A program made the translations under genes and the position numbers. The notes beneath the pieces were generated by a model. It saw nothing but the letters and a program-made list of their open reading frames with translations. It was not told where the DNA came from and did no database searches. Positions 47,901-58,343 of a stretch of 64,000 bases of DNA are shown here, one piece after another (the stretch's first letter is position 1; every line of letters starts with the position of its first letter). Origin of the DNA: a virus; IMG/VR virus record IMGVR_UViG_3300023174_000120, positions 22,663-86,662 of that record; one strand, given 5' to 3'.

Positions 47901-49366
47901 GTGGTACCGTGTTTAATCCTTCCTATAGAGCCTATCCATTTAGTCCAGGAGCAGAAGGGCTAGATCAATTCTATCCTACTGGTTTTTGGCCCAATGCTGG
48001 AAAAGTTGAAGTTTTCTTACCGGACACAGCAGACAGACCGCACATTTCTTTGATAATGGAAGTTGAGCCACCTGCAGGTCATATTAACGAACAAAGTTTT
48101 CCTGGATTTTTAAATGCTCAACCCAGCACTGGAACACTAACAACTTCTACAATTATTTTAAGAAACGTTGACACAACAGACATCGCTGTAGGTAATGACG
48201 TTTATATTAGAGATCAGTTTGGTAGACAGTACGATGATAATGGCGTATGGTATGCCAGTACAGGAACCATAGTAACTGATATTAATTATAATGCTATTAC
48301 ATTTAATAAAGCCTTGTATCCAGCCTCAACTGGAACCGCAGGAGATCCTACCAACCCTACTTACTTCACACTGTATTTCTGCGGTAAGAGTTATTATACA
48401 GTATTGAGCAGCACTGTTGCTACTAATCCTTATGAATTAAACAACAATATTTTAGTACCGCCGAGTGATATGAACTTGTATCAAGGGCCCACAAGTAATC
48501 AGGTGTCTGCGCATATTGCTAGTATGGTTTACTTAAACACTTTAACTAACAACGTTATTAGTAACACTACCGTATCTCCTACATATATGACAACCAGTAG
48601 TCAAGTTGTATTGCCTTTAGTTACAGGAGGCGGTAGTGCTACGTCATTTATCAATACTAGATTTGCCAATATAACCAACATCATAGGAGCTGCCAATATT
48701 ACTGCTGCTAAAGCAGTGGTTCCGGCAAATTCTGTAACAAAAACGGGAACAATAACCAGCGGAGCAGGTTCTGCTATTACACTAATTGAAGAAAATTTAG
48801 ACTTCTTGGCAGATGAAGTAACCGCATATGTTCACGCTGTACAGCCCTCTGTTTTTTCCGGTCTAACACAAGCTCAAATAGATTATATTGATACAAAGTG
48901 TAAGAGAGACACTAAAATAATAATTCAAAGATTAATCTATGATTTAGAAACAGGTGGCAACTATAATAGTGTAATGAGCGGATTAAGCTATTGGTCAAGA
49001 GCAGGAACACATCACATAGTAGAACTAGGCGAAGCTGTTACCAGAACAGATCTGTTCCCAGATGGTTCTACAGTTAATTTCTACCAGCGCAGTTACATCA
49101 GTGCCAGCGGATACTTGTTTGAATATGTAGGAGCAGGGACTAACTATGGTGCTCTACCTCAAAGAGGAATTTTAGATCCTGTTCAAAGTAAAGAAACAAT
49201 ACCGCTAGATGGAGGAAAAGTATTCTTTACCAGTACTGATCAAAACGGTGACTTCCGTATAGGACGAGGTTTAGTCATTAGTCAGGCAACCGGAGTACTA
49301 AGTGGAAGAACATTTGTACAAAGTTTATACGCAAATATGACTCCGTTCATATTGGCAATTGAATAA
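44972..49366 (+). CDS. Large tail fibre/virion structural protein
   Basis: ILYVT.DGDD.NDG...RTI..AL beta-helix entry, repeated YN..KC.RD.G.I helical modules, HSPYIQNCT, FEYVGAG and FFTSTDQ.GDFRIG motifs. Confidence 0.75.
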   Translation: MARTTGSKNVKSTGDQTISSPAGNIVLTPSTGGQVTVSQGNVEVVSGNITIDSGNVVVTGGRVIVGTTGGTNPADHNVGNILNPTGADPATIDQTIYSTTAERQLGGAYFTGGVGIEKDLSVGGFIYGRISTALTATTSTQLLIQATNDDNPYYLAFTPGTGNASLFIDNTSDASLDNPPGLTYNPLRGILSTDKLEVVSTVTTVDLDNAAMIIKGGAAISENIVLGGEVYSINNFTGSYLETIYSKYLDSDSKTSTLALGAGQVDVFGDLRVRGTNPIGTAPVVTNILYVTMDGDDTNDGRAMDAGRACRTIGGALNSPYYQSGTQIRVAPGHYLEDNPLQLKPYTSIVGSDLRTCSVEPINKTQDLFHMNSGCYLAFMQFLNGRSGLLEGDYAPGFNRGAYATAFPPLEGNDRINLFHSPYIQNCTNQSGPWLRDGTMFVPNQTVQIPAAVGTGTWISNTTTLVVNVSSGTIAVGMSVNAGQQNPGFFNARTLLLANKPFLQQQVVARVDDLFPGFEYNREKCYRDVGILVENTAYDAAFGGNEKSVESGLAYYDGVVSVIAGQETQTIAAIEYLRDRSLEIVTNTTCTNTYTGYTAQQVINWVLTDGDISTASIATLYGIVTATITDPVNSPDVYKSTGPDAAFVSAEILMQANRAFIQENTIEWITANYPGFTYNTDKCYRDIGLIIDAVSQDILLGGNQKSLEAGLSYWNRGYNYVSHQLTTTTNAINYARDRSLEVIANTVCTNTFTGVTSNQVINTFFQYGGDYMPQEAVKRNFNIITDIINNGVSAAPPVYAGGGLFALTGINGSDVKISPTVISVTNTNQVYTVGLSTATIGFGNNATLYFGDTYVFPKQDFEVEELSLAYTGNSNTWNQRKVDPIGAMGGSLVDGAVISDISPIQSFVYDAYTQVNQGGKGIHITNNGYAQLVSVFTIFCSTAVLVENGGIASITNSNSNFGDQCLVAKGYGPRAFSGTVFNPSYRAYPFSPGAEGLDQFYPTGFWPNAGKVEVFLPDTADRPHISLIMEVEPPAGHINEQSFPGFLNAQPSTGTLTTSTIILRNVDTTDIAVGNDVYIRDQFGRQYDDNGVWYASTGTIVTDINYNAITFNKALYPASTGTAGDPTNPTYFTLYFCGKSYYTVLSSTVATNPYELNNNILVPPSDMNLYQGPTSNQVSAHIASMVYLNTLTNNVISNTTVSPTYMTTSSQVVLPLVTGGGSATSFINTRFANITNIIGAANITAAKAVVPANSVTKTGTITSGAGSAITLIEENLDFLADEVTAYVHAVQPSVFSGLTQAQIDYIDTKCKRDTKIIIQRLIYDLETGGNYNSVMSGLSYWSRAGTHHIVELGEAVTRTDLFPDGSTVNFYQRSYISASGYLFEYVGAGTNYGALPQRGILDPVQSKETIPLDGGKVFFTSTDQNGDFRIGRGLVISQATGVLSGRTFVQSLYANMTPFILAIE

Positions 49367-49380
49367 TAGGATGACATAAA

Positions 49381-49764
49381 ATGGCACAGTTACCATTAAA
49401 TAAATTTTTAACCAAGACAGCAGTATTAACTACCAATACCACAGCCACAGTTTATGCAGCACCGATTGGTGTTACTGCTATTGTGCTAATGGCACAGGTG
49501 GCTAACTTAACTACTACTACACAAACTGTTAGTTTTCAACACTACAGATACAGAACAGTTCTAGCAGATGCTCAAGGATTTGGTGCTCAACCGGGATTAA
49601 CAACCAGTTACCTAGTTAAAGATTTTGCAATTCCAGAAAACGACGCAGGAACACCATTGACAGGAAAACTAATTATAGAAAGTTTAGATAAAGTTTATGC
49701 TTATGCTGGGAATGAAAATTCTCTGCAACTGGTTTTAAGTATATTAGAAACTGCAAATTCATAA
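49381..49764 (+). CDS. Small structural protein associated with the preceding fibre
   Basis: 127-aa beta-rich ORF (VYAAP.GVTAIVLMAQVAN...LSILET) in the operon. Confidence 0.65.
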   Translation: MAQLPLNKFLTKTAVLTTNTTATVYAAPIGVTAIVLMAQVANLTTTTQTVSFQHYRYRTVLADAQGFGAQPGLTTSYLVKDFAIPENDAGTPLTGKLIIESLDKVYAYAGNENSLQLVLSILETANS

Positions 49765-49776
49765 TAGAGAAATACG

Positions 49777-51882
49777 ATGCCATCATTACTAAGCGGATCA
49801 ACTCTAAGACGCGGCGGAAGCGGTCAGTTTATTGACCTTAAAGGTGCGCAACCCCAATTACCGCCTACTCCTACTACCAGCACTGGCTACACATTAGTTA
49901 CCGACAACTTATTGCGTACCAGTTATAGATCCAGCCTGGGTAATTTAGAATTTAGTTCGGGTACTGTATTCAGTAATATTGCCGATCAAGATATAAAATT
50001 AATAGGAACCGGTACCGGAGTTGTTGTTGTAGCCGGTGGAACAGCCAGTACTAGTACAAATACAGGCGCACTAATTGTCAAAGGCGGCATTGGAATCAGT
50101 GATGCGTTATGGACAGAAAAAGATATACATGTTAACGGATTAACAATTGGTCAAGGATGGCAAGGCCTTAATAATATTGTTATACAAGGTGTTGCTGTAC
50201 CGCAAACAGATGACGACTTCAATGGACAAGAAAGCATTGTTATTGGGTACGATGCGTTAAATGGGCTTAGTACCAGTTATAAAAGCATTGCAATTGGTCG
50301 CTATGCTCTTAGTTCCGGCACACAAATTAATAACTCTATTGCTATTGGGGACAGTGCTCTTAAAAATTTAGGAGTTTACCATTTATTAACAGCAGCAACA
50401 ATTACCAATGTCACAATTGGTGGGCCTGCTGTAGTAGTCACTGCTCCACGACATGGATTAACCACTGGAACATTAATTACTATCGATGGCATCGATGGAA
50501 CAGTTGAACTTAATGGTAATAATTATTATATCAATGTTTTAAGCACTACAACTATTGCTCTATATTCTGATATTAATTTAGGCAGTCCTGTTACTGGGGT
50601 AGGATATACCAGTTATGTAACTAGTGGAACAGTGTATATTGACACAGTATGGGATGACAATATTGCTATCGGAACTGATGCAGGTCGTAGCATTATTAAT
50701 GGTAAACAAAATTTACTTATCGGTGATAGAACTGCTGTTAACTTAACCACCGGCAGTTATAACATATTCCTTGGGCATGAAGTTGGTAACAACATGACTC
50801 GGGGTACTGCCAATATCAGCATAGGCGGAGATAATCTAGTTGACGGCTTGGACAATCAGGTCAACATCGGTAGTGTGTTTTACTATGACGGTGATGGATA
50901 TCTTCAACTTAACAGTAATACTGGTATTGGATTAGGGACTGAAGTAAGCGCCACTATATATCTAACAGACGTATTAAGTGTAGACAATACCAATCCGGTA
51001 GTGATTCATATCGACAGCACACACGAAATCAGCACAGGAACAGAAGTTGTACTAACAGAAATAGTCGGAACAACTGAATTAAACAATCAAATTTTCTGGG
51101 GCAGTTATTTAGGTACTACAACTTTCAGTATCTATTACGACGAGGCGCTAACTCAACCAGTAGATGGAACTGGATTTGGAGCGTATATCAGCGGTGGTAA
51201 GATAAACAGTCTCAGTCCGTATGGTGCATTGACTGTGCTAGGAGGTGTAGGCATTACCGGGGACTTAATGGTTACAGGTATGGCTACATTCTATAACGGA
51301 ATGAATGTTCGATACCTAATCACAGGTACTATTACCACTGCAACTAATTTAGCAGGTGGAGTATTAGGTAGTATTCCGTATCAAACCGCTGCCGGCAAAA
51401 CACAATTTATTCCAATTGGTGTTAACAATACTGTACTGACCAGTAATGGTACCACAGCAACCTGGGCCGACATTGGCGGATTATCGGCAGGGATAGCTAA
51501 CACGGCTACTAACAGTGACAATGTGTTTATCAATGACACCGTTCCATTGCAGACATATTATCTAGGATTAAGTGAATTAATAGGGGATTATAGCCCAATA
51601 GATAGCGATAGTGCATTAACATATGTAACAACAAATGAATCGACTAGCACTTATTTTGTTACAGGTACCAGCACATTAAATGTTCCAGGCAGTATTTACA
51701 GTATGAACGGCAATCCTGATGAGAATTATCTATTATATACCCCAAGAGTCACAATATCAACATCTTCACCGCTGAATCCCAGAGTCGGAGACTTTTGGAT
51801 TGATCCTAATTTTGGAGTCGAATTGCAATATATTAAAGACGGAACCAGTACGTTCTGGATACAGTTTACATCGGCAATATAA
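49777..51882 (+). CDS. Fibre protein with YadA-like (IAIG) repeats and two beta-barrel inserts
   Basis: SIAIG..AL repeats; two H...TG.....I.GT.ELN modules; C-terminal P.NP.VGDFW module. Confidence 0.7.
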   Translation: MPSLLSGSTLRRGGSGQFIDLKGAQPQLPPTPTTSTGYTLVTDNLLRTSYRSSLGNLEFSSGTVFSNIADQDIKLIGTGTGVVVVAGGTASTSTNTGALIVKGGIGISDALWTEKDIHVNGLTIGQGWQGLNNIVIQGVAVPQTDDDFNGQESIVIGYDALNGLSTSYKSIAIGRYALSSGTQINNSIAIGDSALKNLGVYHLLTAATITNVTIGGPAVVVTAPRHGLTTGTLITIDGIDGTVELNGNNYYINVLSTTTIALYSDINLGSPVTGVGYTSYVTSGTVYIDTVWDDNIAIGTDAGRSIINGKQNLLIGDRTAVNLTTGSYNIFLGHEVGNNMTRGTANISIGGDNLVDGLDNQVNIGSVFYYDGDGYLQLNSNTGIGLGTEVSATIYLTDVLSVDNTNPVVIHIDSTHEISTGTEVVLTEIVGTTELNNQIFWGSYLGTTTFSIYYDEALTQPVDGTGFGAYISGGKINSLSPYGALTVLGGVGITGDLMVTGMATFYNGMNVRYLITGTITTATNLAGGVLGSIPYQTAAGKTQFIPIGVNNTVLTSNGTTATWADIGGLSAGIANTATNSDNVFINDTVPLQTYYLGLSELIGDYSPIDSDSALTYVTTNESTSTYFVTGTSTLNVPGSIYSMNGNPDENYLLYTPRVTISTSSPLNPRVGDFWIDPNFGVELQYIKDGTSTFWIQFTSAI

Positions 51883-51910
51883 AAATGATTAACGAACAAA
51901 GAGTAGAAAT

Positions 51911-52690
51911 ATGGCAGAATTAAATTTTCCCCCCAATCCTAATCCGGGTGACACCTGGACAATTGGATCCAATACTTGGGTATGGAACGGAGCGGCATGG
52001 ATAAAGACCAGTCCGTTATCTGTAGGCGGCAGCGCACAATCAACCAGTACAACTACAGGAGCACTAGTAGTTGCCGGCGGTATAGGAGTTGGCGGAGCAA
52101 TTAATGCCGGAACAACCAGCACCATTAATGGTGCTGAAATTATTACCACTGCTACCATTAACCAATATGCACCGGCACCTAACCTGCAGAGAGTGACTGA
52201 TGTTGGTAATACTACTACCAACCAAGTAATAATTTTAAACACCACAGAGTCGACCAGTACAACCACAGGTGCGTTGTTGGTAGAAGGAGGAATAGGTGTA
52301 GGTGGGGATATTTGGGTAGAGGGAAGATTGACTTCGGAATCGGTTAAAATCATGGACGCAGTGTTCGATTCTACCCTGATTTTGGTAAATACCACTGGAA
52401 CTGTAGTAATAGATGCTTATTCAGTCGACCAATTTAGGTCAGCCAAGTATCTAATACAAATAGACGAAGGCGATGGACCTACAGCAGACTTTCAAACTAT
52501 TGAAATATTGCTGTTAGTAGATAATATAGGTACAGTATATGCAACAGAATACGCTGTATTAACTACAAATGGGGAGATGGGAGAATTTGAAGCAGACGTT
52601 CAAATAGATGACATAGTGAGATTGTATTTTACACCTTACTATCCAACTGCTAAAAATATTAAAGTGTTGAGGACGGGACTAGCCTCATAA
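51911..52690 (+). CDS. Short fibre/adaptor protein
   Basis: N-terminal NFPPNP..G module, STTTGAL repeats, C-terminal SAKYLIQ...EY module. Confidence 0.7.
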   Translation: MAELNFPPNPNPGDTWTIGSNTWVWNGAAWIKTSPLSVGGSAQSTSTTTGALVVAGGIGVGGAINAGTTSTINGAEIITTATINQYAPAPNLQRVTDVGNTTTNQVIILNTTESTSTTTGALLVEGGIGVGGDIWVEGRLTSESVKIMDAVFDSTLILVNTTGTVVIDAYSVDQFRSAKYLIQIDEGDGPTADFQTIEILLLVDNIGTVYATEYAVLTTNGEMGEFEADVQIDDIVRLYFTPYYPTAKNIKVLRTGLAS

Positions 52691-52715
52691 ACTTATAACT
52701 AAAGGAAATTGAAAA

Positions 52716-55700
52716 ATGGCACTACTTTCTAAAGATTTTATTGTAAAATCGGGATTAATCGTTCAAGGAACGGCTCACCCGGTATCTACATCAACTGGCA
52801 ACACCGGCACATTACAAGTGAATGGTGGTGCCGCGTTCGCTAAGGACATATTGATCGGAAGCAGTGCTACTGTCTACGGTCCTAGCGTACTAAAAAGTAC
52901 ATTAAATGTTGACGGTAGCTTAAATGTTAACAACAACTTTGCTGTTGAAGCCAGCAGTGGTAACTTCCACAGCACAGGCACAATGGTGGTTGACGGCGTT
53001 AGCACAGTCAGCAATATCGTTATTGACGGTAACGAAGGTATCACTGGATTAAACACCGGATATGATTTAACATTTAAAGCTTCAAGTACCGACAAAACAC
53101 TGGTTGGTTCTGACGATGCTGCTACTTTGTTTTTTAATGGCGGTCTATACGGCGGACCCGGCTCTTACGCTGAAGTTACTACAAACGGAACTGACGGTGT
53201 TCGTTTTCAAACAGATGATGGTTCAAACTTGAATCAATTGGTTTTTGATTACGACGGTATCTTAAAATTAACCAATTATAATGATAGTACCAATGCTGCT
53301 GCATTAGAAATTAAAGGCGTTAGCAACGGTGGTGTTAAATTAAGCGACACTGGCGGTGCTACTGGTAGCTATCCAGCATTAAATGTTAGTGCTGGTGGTG
53401 CTTACATTTATAACGATCTAAAAATTGATGGATCAGCTAACGGAACATCATCGGGTGGCGCATTAAATGTAGCCGCAGGCGGTGCTTATATCAAGAAAGA
53501 TGTTTATGTTGACGGTACAACAGCAGCAACAAGCAGCTCGGCCGCATTATTTGTTAGTGCCGGTGGCGCATACATCAATAAAGATTTACAAATCGATAGC
53601 ACAGATAACGGAACATCAGCAGCAGGCGGTGCGTTAAGAGTAGCCGCAGGCGGTGCTTATATCAAGAAAGATGTTTATGTTGACGGTACAACAGCAGCAA
53701 CAAGCAGCTCGGCCGCATTATTTGTTAGTGGTGGCGGTGCTTATATTGATAACAATGTAATAATTGGCGGAGCAACAGCTGGTACTGCTTCGGGTGGTAC
53801 ACTAGATGTAGCATCTGGTGGTGCTAGATTTGGTCTATCTGTTAGAATTGAAGATACTAACGACGGCGATGCTGCTGATCCTGCTCTAAATGTATCAGGT
53901 GGTGGCCTTTATGTTAAGAAAAAGGCAATCATCGATAGCACACAAACTGCCACAAATGCTGGTGACGGTGCTTTACAGGTAACAGGCGGTGTTTACATTG
54001 GCGATAACTTGATTGTCAAGAGCACTGCTGCCGATACAGGAACAAATACTAGCAATGCACTATATGTAGCAGGCGGTGCTTGGATTGACAAGACATTGGT
54101 AGTTGCCGGAGATACAACATTTGGCGGTAATGTAACATTTAATGGTACAGCAACTTATGTTTATTCTACCAATACAGTTTATACAGACAACATCATTAAC
54201 ATGCACACACCAAACGGCGGTGACTTAAACAATCACTCCTGGGGCGTAGATGATGGTAAGGACATTGGTTTTATTTTCCACTACTACAAAGGTGCTGACA
54301 AAAACGCATTCTTGGGTTTCCATAACGACAGCAGTTATCTAGAATGGTTCAGTGATGGTACAGAAAGTGCTGGTGGTGTATTTACTGGTACAACATACGG
54401 CACATTTAAGACTGGTGCTATTGAACTAGTTAATACTACAGTTTCTACTAATACTACAACTGGTGCGCTAATTGTAGCAGGTGGCATTGGAGTAGCTGGT
54501 GATATCTATCTACAAGATGAAACTGGTACTCATAACAAGCTACATGGTACTGCTACACAAGCAGATAACCTAAACAAAGGCAGTGCTGGGCAGATTCCAA
54601 TTCAAACTGCAAATGGTGTAACAGCATTCCTACCAGCAGGAACAGCAGATAATCAAGTTTTAACTTGGGTAAGCGCTGGTAGCACAGCTACCTGGGCCAG
54701 TGCCAGCGCAACAGTAGTTGGTCGTGCTACAACAGCAACCAACGTTGATGGACCACAGTGGAGTGTCCTGTATCAGAAAGCTGACGGTCAAACCACAGCC
54801 ACTAGCGATCTACAGTATAATGCCGATGACGAAACTTTCAAAGTAAAGAGAGTTACAATTTGGTCTACTACTACCAATCACCCAGGTGACGCAGAAACAG
54901 CAGTTGCTGCCGATAGTGGTCTAGGAATTGAATTATTCTCTGACTACTACGCACAGTTAAACTATGATAACACTGGATATATCTATGTAAACGGCGACGG
55001 TGTTACATTAGAAGTCGGTGCCAATACTTTCACACTAGATACTAGTGGTAACGCAATATTAGACGGTGGTTATTTTGAAGCACCGACTGTACGTGCTGAT
55101 AACTTAACCAGTGGTCGTGTCGTATTCAGTGATGGTAATCACGAATTAACAGACGACAGTGGTTTAACCTACAATAGTGTTAGTGCTACACTATCAGTCA
55201 GCGGTGCTCTTGAAGTTACCGGCGGAACTGGTGGTGACATCACTATGACTGGTGGTAATATTACTGGTGTTGATCGCATTATAATTGACGGTAGCGAAGG
55301 TGGTAATTCAACCGAAAGCAACATTGCGCTAGATGTTCAGAACGGTGGTATCTACTCCAAGAAGATGGTTTATATTGACTCCAACTATGACTATGATAAT
55401 GGTGATGGAGCAGCATTAAACCTACCAAACGGTGGTGCCAATATCGGATTGAACTTAGGGCTTGGCGACAACTTAATATTCACTTCAACTACCGGTCAGG
55501 TTCAGTTTGATAGTACCGCTAATCTTCGTGAAGAAGACGGAGTAGGAGGCGGCGATAGAGACCTAGTCCTTGATGCTAAATCTCGTGTTCTAATCAAAAC
55601 TAGTGAAGCCGACAATGAGTGGGTATATGGAGTCGATGGTACTCTAGCATTACCTAACGGTACTAAAGTTTACGACGACACCGGTAAGTTCTATGTTGAC

Positions 55701-56984
55701 TCATTACGCGATGACAGCACAGCAACAACACTAGTAGTTTATAACTCAGCTACCAAAGAACTAACTCGTACCACAACATTTAATAACACACTAACAGTTA
55801 ATAACAGTGTGATTATTAAAGGAACAGCAGCTAGTTCGACCAATACAACAGCAACAGGTGCCCTACAGGTTGTTGGTGGAGTTGGTATTGCTGGTGGACT
55901 ATATGTTGACAAAGATGCGTATATTAACGCAGACTTGTATGTTCAAGGCACACTGTATGTCCAGGGTAACAGCCTAGACGGTGTTGACCAGATTACTGGT
56001 AGCACAGGTACATTTGCCGATGTTCATTCAACAGGCACAATCTTTGCTAACAATGTAACGGCAACATTTGTTGAAACTGCTACTCTACTAGTTGATGGTA
56101 CAGAAGGCGGATATAATAATTCAACCGACGCAGCTCTACTGGTACCAAACGGCGGGGCTTATTTTGGTAGAATGGTTTGGATTGATAATGATTATCCTAC
56201 ATTGGCCGATACAAACACCGCTACTTCGTTCTACACAAACGGTGGTGCTAGCATACAGAAAGACTTGTATGTTGGAACAACAGCAACATTTAACGACAGT
56301 GTTTACATTGCCAATGATATCTACTTAGGTGGAAAGAAACTGTCTAGCACAAGCAGCCAGTTTATGGACATCATATCAACAGGTACCGCAAGGTTCAATA
56401 ATGTTGATATTACTGGAACATTTACTGCCACATCGTTAACTATTACTAGTACCGATAACAGTGTGGATATATACGGTAAGGATCTTGATCAAACAAGTCA
56501 ATCGTTAGGAGTCCGTGGTGCTATTAAAGCACTAGGCGATGTTGCAGTAGGCGGTGTGCTCTATGCTGGTATGAACAACGGCGGTGATGTTGGTGGCGAA
56601 AGCCCAGAAGGCAAGTCAATTGACGGTGTGTTCATTGTCAACAGTATGCAAAGTGGCGGAAGCTATACTGGACTCAACGGAAGCTGGACACAGGTTATCG
56701 ACAGCTGGGATAGCGGTACTTATACCAGTGCCAAGTATATGGTTCAACTCACTGACAACGGTGGTAAGATACACACTCAAGAAATCATGGTTATCCAAGA
56801 TGGTACCAATGTTTATATGAGTGAGTATGGTATTGTAACTACAACTGGAGAACTTGGAACATTCAGCGGTGGGTTTAACGGCGGAAATGTTGAAATAACA
56901 TTTACTCCTAACTATTCTACTAGTGCTATGAATATTCAGGTAGTACGTCAAAGTATCATAACCAGTATTGAAAATTATTGTTAA
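52716..56984 (+). CDS. Long fibre protein
   Basis: AL.V..GGAYI.K repeats; N-terminal DFIVKSGL; C-terminal SAKYMVQ...SEYG module. Confidence 0.75.
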   Translation: MALLSKDFIVKSGLIVQGTAHPVSTSTGNTGTLQVNGGAAFAKDILIGSSATVYGPSVLKSTLNVDGSLNVNNNFAVEASSGNFHSTGTMVVDGVSTVSNIVIDGNEGITGLNTGYDLTFKASSTDKTLVGSDDAATLFFNGGLYGGPGSYAEVTTNGTDGVRFQTDDGSNLNQLVFDYDGILKLTNYNDSTNAAALEIKGVSNGGVKLSDTGGATGSYPALNVSAGGAYIYNDLKIDGSANGTSSGGALNVAAGGAYIKKDVYVDGTTAATSSSAALFVSAGGAYINKDLQIDSTDNGTSAAGGALRVAAGGAYIKKDVYVDGTTAATSSSAALFVSGGGAYIDNNVIIGGATAGTASGGTLDVASGGARFGLSVRIEDTNDGDAADPALNVSGGGLYVKKKAIIDSTQTATNAGDGALQVTGGVYIGDNLIVKSTAADTGTNTSNALYVAGGAWIDKTLVVAGDTTFGGNVTFNGTATYVYSTNTVYTDNIINMHTPNGGDLNNHSWGVDDGKDIGFIFHYYKGADKNAFLGFHNDSSYLEWFSDGTESAGGVFTGTTYGTFKTGAIELVNTTVSTNTTTGALIVAGGIGVAGDIYLQDETGTHNKLHGTATQADNLNKGSAGQIPIQTANGVTAFLPAGTADNQVLTWVSAGSTATWASASATVVGRATTATNVDGPQWSVLYQKADGQTTATSDLQYNADDETFKVKRVTIWSTTTNHPGDAETAVAADSGLGIELFSDYYAQLNYDNTGYIYVNGDGVTLEVGANTFTLDTSGNAILDGGYFEAPTVRADNLTSGRVVFSDGNHELTDDSGLTYNSVSATLSVSGALEVTGGTGGDITMTGGNITGVDRIIIDGSEGGNSTESNIALDVQNGGIYSKKMVYIDSNYDYDNGDGAALNLPNGGANIGLNLGLGDNLIFTSTTGQVQFDSTANLREEDGVGGGDRDLVLDAKSRVLIKTSEADNEWVYGVDGTLALPNGTKVYDDTGKFYVDSLRDDSTATTLVVYNSATKELTRTTTFNNTLTVNNSVIIKGTAASSTNTTATGALQVVGGVGIAGGLYVDKDAYINADLYVQGTLYVQGNSLDGVDQITGSTGTFADVHSTGTIFANNVTATFVETATLLVDGTEGGYNNSTDAALLVPNGGAYFGRMVWIDNDYPTLADTNTATSFYTNGGASIQKDLYVGTTATFNDSVYIANDIYLGGKKLSSTSSQFMDIISTGTARFNNVDITGTFTATSLTITSTDNSVDIYGKDLDQTSQSLGVRGAIKALGDVAVGGVLYAGMNNGGDVGGESPEGKSIDGVFIVNSMQSGGSYTGLNGSWTQVIDSWDSGTYTSAKYMVQLTDNGGKIHTQEIMVIQDGTNVYMSEYGIVTTTGELGTFSGGFNGGNVEITFTPNYSTSAMNIQVVRQSIITSIENYC
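53469..53730 (+). repeat. Identical 91-bp direct repeat (53469-53559 and 53640-53730)
   Basis: Base-by-base identical copies offset by 171 bp (57 codons). Confidence 0.9.
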
Positions 56985-57001
56985 TATAGCATAGCTAGGC
57001 A

Positions 57002-57027
57002 AAAACAGGACCGAAAGGTCCTGTTTT
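57002..57027 (+). terminator. Intrinsic terminator
   Basis: aaaacaggacc-GAAA-ggtcctgtttt. Confidence 0.9.
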
Positions 57028-57054
57028 GCTTTGTGGAATACTTTATCCTAAACG

Positions 57055-57062
57055 TATAAATA
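57055..57062 (+). promoter_or_regulatory. T4-type late promoter TATAAATA
   Basis: Exact T4 late consensus between the terminator and the next gene. Confidence 0.8.
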
Positions 57063-57104
57063 CTCTTTATATAACCTAAGCCGTTATAGTGGAGAGGGAA
57101 ACTA

Positions 57105-58265
57105 ATGGCTCTGAATAATATTGACTTTGTAGTCAAAAATGGTCTGGTGGTCTCAACAACCGCCACAATTGAATCAACGACTAATGCCGTTAATACCTAT
57201 ACCGGTGCGTTTCACGTTGTCGGCGGCGCCTCGGTTGTTAAAGACCTTTGGGTCGGTGGTACAGTATATACCAGAGGCGGTGCTGTTTTAACCACTTCTA
57301 CACTGCAAACCGTTACATATTCGGGTAATACCACTACCTTTTCAATCATAATACTCAACACTAGCAGCAGTACCAGTACTGATACCGGTGCATTGACTGT
57401 AGCAGGCGGAGTAGGTATTGCGGGTGATTTAAATGTAGGTGGTACAATATTTGGTACCATAGGTGGTAATAATATTTCTGGATCAGTTGGCAGTAGTATT
57501 AACGCCGACAATGTGCAGATTAATAATGTAGATCTTCTTTCTACTACCAGTTACTACGTAACACTAAGCGAGCTCAAAGATGGAAATTATAGTCCACTAG
57601 ATGCCGATACTTCTTTAACCTACGATGCAGGTAATCAAACATTATCGGTAGCTAAACTTTCTATAAGCGGTGGAATACTAACAGGTAGCGCAAGAATAAC
57701 TAACAATGTCAGTGTTGGCGGCAGTGTTAGTATCAATGGTTCTAGTGCTACTATTAGCATATTGAGTTTTAATGGTGTTAGCTTTTTAACAGACAGCGTA
57801 CACGCATTCAGCGGCGGGGAAATAGTTATCCCTCAAACTTCAGGGCTTGGATTAGTATCTGGAACAACCTACTATGTTCCTGCTGTGATAAGTCCTACAA
57901 GATTTCAGCTTAGTCTTACACCCGGTGGCCCTAGCACAGGAACTGTAGGCGTATCTACTATATTGGCCAATACTGGCCCTGGCCCTGGCCTTAAAGTTAT
58001 TGGTGGTGTAGAATCTACCGGAACCAATACCGGTGCTGTAGTGGTAGAAGGCGGAGTTGGCATCAGCGGCAACCTAAATGTAGGTGGTAGAATTATAGGT
58101 GGCGGTGTGAGAACCACAACTGCATCTACCGTTCCACAAAATCCTACCGTAGGAGATATTTGGTACAATACTACAAATGATGTTGTGTATAGATACACTG
58201 ATGATGGATCAAACTTTTTTTACTGGATAGATATTACAGGGCCAGTGGTGGCTCTACATTTATAA
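57105..58265 (+). CDS. Fibre segment protein
   Basis: N-terminal DFVVKNGL, TGAL.V.GG repeats, C-terminal P.NPTVGDIWY module. Confidence 0.72.
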   Translation: MALNNIDFVVKNGLVVSTTATIESTTNAVNTYTGAFHVVGGASVVKDLWVGGTVYTRGGAVLTTSTLQTVTYSGNTTTFSIIILNTSSSTSTDTGALTVAGGVGIAGDLNVGGTIFGTIGGNNISGSVGSSINADNVQINNVDLLSTTSYYVTLSELKDGNYSPLDADTSLTYDAGNQTLSVAKLSISGGILTGSARITNNVSVGGSVSINGSSATISILSFNGVSFLTDSVHAFSGGEIVIPQTSGLGLVSGTTYYVPAVISPTRFQLSLTPGGPSTGTVGVSTILANTGPGPGLKVIGGVESTGTNTGAVVVEGGVGISGNLNVGGRIIGGGVRTTTASTVPQNPTVGDIWYNTTNDVVYRYTDDGSNFFYWIDITGPVVALHL

Positions 58266-58300
58266 AATTATGTTAATGGAATACCGAGAATGCGTTATTT

Positions 58301-58308
58301 TATAAATA
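58301..58308 (+). promoter_or_regulatory. T4-type late promoter TATAAATA
   Basis: Exact consensus in the intergenic gap before 58344. Confidence 0.8.
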
Positions 58309-58343
58309 CATTAAATTAAACCTAACACTAAGGAACAAATATT

